Below the pieces are notes generated by a model that worked only from the letters and a program-made list of their open reading frames with translations, was not told the origin of the DNA and searched no databases. A program made the translations under genes and the position numbers. A stretch of 39,010 nucleotides of DNA from an uncultured bacterium (lineage in GTDB: Bacteria > Patescibacteriota > Minisyncoccia > Phycocordibacterales > UBA9973). The DNA is taken from contig CAITGV010000005.1 in NCBI GenBank assembly GCA_903892035.1, positions 1 through 39,010 on the forward strand, given 5' to 3'. This document shows, one piece after another, positions 36,630 through 39,010 of the stretch. Every line of letters begins with the position of its first letter. Position 1 is the stretch's first letter.

Positions 36630-38021
36630 TTATTTATCTCCATTTCCCCAACCAAAGAGTTTGCCGACCATTTCGGCTGTCTCGCGCTTGCGAGCGACTT
36701 TTATTGTACCGTCTTGAGCTATGAGCTTGATTGGTGAAGAAAGTAGGCAATGGTGTGAAGCAAGGGCGTCCTGATATGCACCAGTGTCGAATACTGCGAT
36801 GTATTGGTCTCCGCTGTCTTTGAGCTTTGGTAGGAGCATATATGTGCCTCCGGCTGTGTATTTGTCGTCTGAGTCACAAGAGCTTCCTGCAAGCCACACA
36901 CGCTTCAAATCTTTTGAATTTGCATTGTTTACCGGAGCGACGTGCCATTTTTGGTGAATTGCCCATGTATCAATGAGATCATTCATAAAGCTTCCGTCGA
37001 TCACATACCAGGACTTTGCATTGCCTTTATAAATTGGTTTTTCAGCAATAGCTTTATAAATTGTCATTTGCGCAGGAGCAGTGACATACTGACCCCACTC
37101 TACAGCGAGGTTTGGATGGCGAATTCCTGCTTTGTCGGACATTTTTTTAAGTAATTTAACAATTTTATTTGCCATTATTTTTGCCGTGTAAAATTTCTTT
37201 TTTTCATAAGGAATACTCATTCCTCCACCGATGTCGAGCGTGTCGAGGTTTGGATGAATTTTTGTCATCTTTGCATAAATGTCGAAACCGCGCTTCACAC
37301 CTTCGAGTAAACTTTTTTGTGTAGAAATTTGTGAACCCATGTGATAATGCATTATTTTCAAATTTTTTATTTTTGAAAGTGCAAGAACTTTTTTCTCAGA
37401 AATTCCGAAGCGATCGATTTTTTTATCCCATCTTGAATCGGCTTTCATATCGAGGTCGACACGTACACCAATATCGCCTCTTATTTTTACAAGGTCTTCA
37501 AGTTCACCTTCGTCTTCAGCAATAGGAATAATATTTAAGCCTTTTGATTTCAATTCGATAATAAGGTCTAGATATGCACCAGTCTTTGGACCATTGCAAA
37601 GTACGCGAATTTTCGAATGAAATTTCTCTCCCTCCCAGAGCTTCTTAATTAAATATAGTTCATTTGCAGACGTGACTTCCATATGCGCACCCTCAGAAAG
37701 AAGTGGCATGATGAATTCTTTATTTTGATTTACTTTCATCGGATAATGATAAAAGAATTTACCACGGTAGCCATATATTTTCATATATGCGTCGAAATAT
37801 TCTATGAGGTCAGAAAGTCGGTCTTCTAAAATAAATGGAAAAACAATTTCCATTGAACTTCCGTATTTTTTTACGATTTGGTGAATATTGTATATATAGT
37901 TTCCTTCCTTCACAGTCAGCTCTCCGTCTTTGGTCACGTTGAAATACTGCGTGTTGAATTCAGAAACACCCAATTTCCAATATTTTCTCCAATCTTTCTT
38001 CGCACTAACTTTCTTTTTCAT
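36630..38021 (-). CDS. speA: Biosynthetic-type arginine decarboxylase (alanine-racemase fold), short form
   Basis: YPMKVNQ (PLP Lys), LCNGPK, HYHMGSQ, LDIGGG, SCDSDD, GAYQD; 463 aa. Confidence 0.85.
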   Translation of the reverse strand: MKKKVSAKKDWRKYWKLGVSEFNTQYFNVTKDGELTVKEGNYIYNIHQIVKKYGSSMEIVFPFILEDRLSDLIEYFDAYMKIYGYRGKFFYHYPMKVNQNKEFIMPLLSEGAHMEVTSANELYLIKKLWEGEKFHSKIRVLCNGPKTGAYLDLIIELKSKGLNIIPIAEDEGELEDLVKIRGDIGVRVDLDMKADSRWDKKIDRFGISEKKVLALSKIKNLKIMHYHMGSQISTQKSLLEGVKRGFDIYAKMTKIHPNLDTLDIGGGMSIPYEKKKFYTAKIMANKIVKLLKKMSDKAGIRHPNLAVEWGQYVTAPAQMTIYKAIAEKPIYKGNAKSWYVIDGSFMNDLIDTWAIHQKWHVAPVNNANSKDLKRVWLAGSSCDSDDKYTAGGTYMLLPKLKDSGDQYIAVFDTGAYQDALASHHCLLSSPIKLIAQDGTIKVARKRETAEMVGKLFGWGNGDK

Positions 38022-38032
38022 TTCTTTAAAAA

Positions 38033-38100
38033 TTTGTATTCCAGCTTCCCCACCGTTTACGTTAGGCCTTGCCTAGCGAAAATCAATTGAAACACCAAAA
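38033..38100 (-). promoter_or_regulatory. Candidate structured 5'-UTR of speA
   Basis: Outer stem gtgtttc/ggaatac with 2 G-U pairs encloses hairpin cgctaggc-aag-gcctaacg (38078-38060), inside a ~95-nt leader. Confidence 0.4.
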
Positions 38101-38124
38101 GACAACAAAACTATTAATATGGCA

Positions 38125-38175
38125 ATATTACCATATTCTCATTGAAAGTAAAGGCCCAAAACGACTTTATCCACA
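38125..38175 (-). promoter_or_regulatory. speA promoter with a perfect DnaA box upstream
   Basis: TTTACT (38152-38147)-N16-TAATAT (38130-38125) with TGn; TTATCCACA at 38167-38175. Confidence 0.6.
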
Positions 38176-38186
38176 GAAATAGCAAT

Positions 38187-38900
38187 CTAGCCCCTCAAAG
38201 CTTTCAGCCACATTTCAATGATCACCAAAGCTTGTTTTTTATTCATTACTTTATTGTGCCCAGGCAAGACTAGATTGAAATCTAATCCTTGAATTTTCTT
38301 AAGAAATTTAAAGAACGACTTCTTATCCGAATTTTTCATAGTCATGTATATCTTGCCGTTGTACAAAGTATCTCCGGTAATTATGATTTTATTTTTTTTA
38401 TCAAAAAGAATATAGGAGTCATCAGTATGCCCCGGTGTATGTATTATCTCGAAAGAATAAGTCCCATTTGAAATAACATTCTTTTTATAAATGGATGGTT
38501 TTTTAATTTTGTCTACATTGAATTTTTTACAAAATTCCTTAACATTAACTCCAAGTTTTTTGCCAATATTTATATCAAAGTCTTTGTCGTGCAAATATTC
38601 CAATCCAAACAGTTTTTTATTGCTTAAATTTTCAGCAACTTTTCCACAAATTAACAACTCATTGGGTTCAAAAAACTTCATTCCACCGATATGATCAAAA
38701 TGCCCGTGGGTAATGAATACTTTTGGGTTCATTATTTTTTTCTTCAATAAGAATTCTTTAAGATTTTCTAAACCCATACCACTATCAACAACTAAATCAA
38801 ATTTCTTTCCTTTTACGATAAAAATATTTGCATGCTCTTTAAAGTACGGCTCGGATATTTTGTATATATTTTCTTTAATTTTGTCTATTTTGAATAACAT
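38187..38900 (-). CDS. MBL-fold metallo-hydrolase (glyoxalase II-like)
   Basis: VVDSGMG, THGHFDHIGG, HTPGHTDDS, TGDTL, PGH. Confidence 0.9.
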   Translation of the reverse strand: MLFKIDKIKENIYKISEPYFKEHANIFIVKGKKFDLVVDSGMGLENLKEFLLKKKIMNPKVFITHGHFDHIGGMKFFEPNELLICGKVAENLSNKKLFGLEYLHDKDFDINIGKKLGVNVKEFCKKFNVDKIKKPSIYKKNVISNGTYSFEIIHTPGHTDDSYILFDKKNKIIITGDTLYNGKIYMTMKNSDKKSFFKFLKKIQGLDFNLVLPGHNKVMNKKQALVIIEMWLKALRG

Positions 38901-38950
38901 AAAATTTTGCCAGTTATTATTATAACACTTCGACCTACTGATAATTATAG

Positions 38951-38989
38951 AAAACAGGAAGATAACTCAAAAAAGTCACTTCCTGTTTT
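38951..38989 (-). terminator. Terminator probably belonging to a minus-strand gene beyond the window
   Basis: aaaacaggaag/cttcctgtttt 11-bp stem. Confidence 0.6.
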
Positions 38990-39010
38990 TTCTACTAATA
39001 CCCTTCAAAT

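Noticed and set aside
36615-38175. oriC
   Set aside because: DnaA boxes are isolated rather than clustered, with no DUE or dnaA/dnaN context.
38187-38900. Metallo-beta-lactamase resistance gene
   Set aside because: HxHxDH with a downstream GD motif fits the general glyoxalase II-like hydrolases; there is no signal peptide or B1 Cys ligand.
1045-38925. Numerous 60-160-aa shadow ORFs in the track (e.g. 1045-1296, 1490-1798, 2139-2609, 3802-4068, 12149-12493, 20712-21062, 33863-34243)
   Set aside because: They lie antisense or out of frame within confidently identified genes and have no motifs or expression signals.
1-39010. Alternative genetic code (UGA recoding), introns or inteins
   Set aside because: All conserved genes translate intact with code 11; dnaB and other usual intein hosts are uninterrupted.

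Overview
This is a low-GC bacterial chromosomal window with about 45 tightly packed genes. I saw no rRNA, tRNA, CRISPR array, transposase or prophage. Most genes are housekeeping: translation (rplI, rpmA, rplU, rsmI, engB, trhO, ABC-F, gltX, aspS, trpS, cysS), replication/segregation (dnaB, recR, scpAB), a compact cell-wall/division cluster (dac, murE, mraY, ftsW, murG) and metK. The right end carries an accessory-looking block: arginine decarboxylase, a DUF2156-like protein, an EamA transporter, agmatinase, a Cys-rich membrane protein and an orphan histidine kinase. Gene style suggests Patescibacteria/CPR, probably Parcubacteria; this is inference from the GAD-less AspRS, N-terminally truncated MurE, split rplU/rpmA, absence of Shine-Dalgarno motifs and apparently leaderless promoters. 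The main leads are: (1) a polyamine module with an embedded putative aminoacyl-transferase and a structured ~95-nt leader on speA; (2) an in-frame palindromic micro-insertion in cysS; (3) pervasive -10 boxes 6-10 nt before ATG; (4) a 21-aa Lys-rich sORF missed by the ORF track; (5) several non-terminator-like palindromic elements. All family calls come from motif recognition by eye, not database searches.
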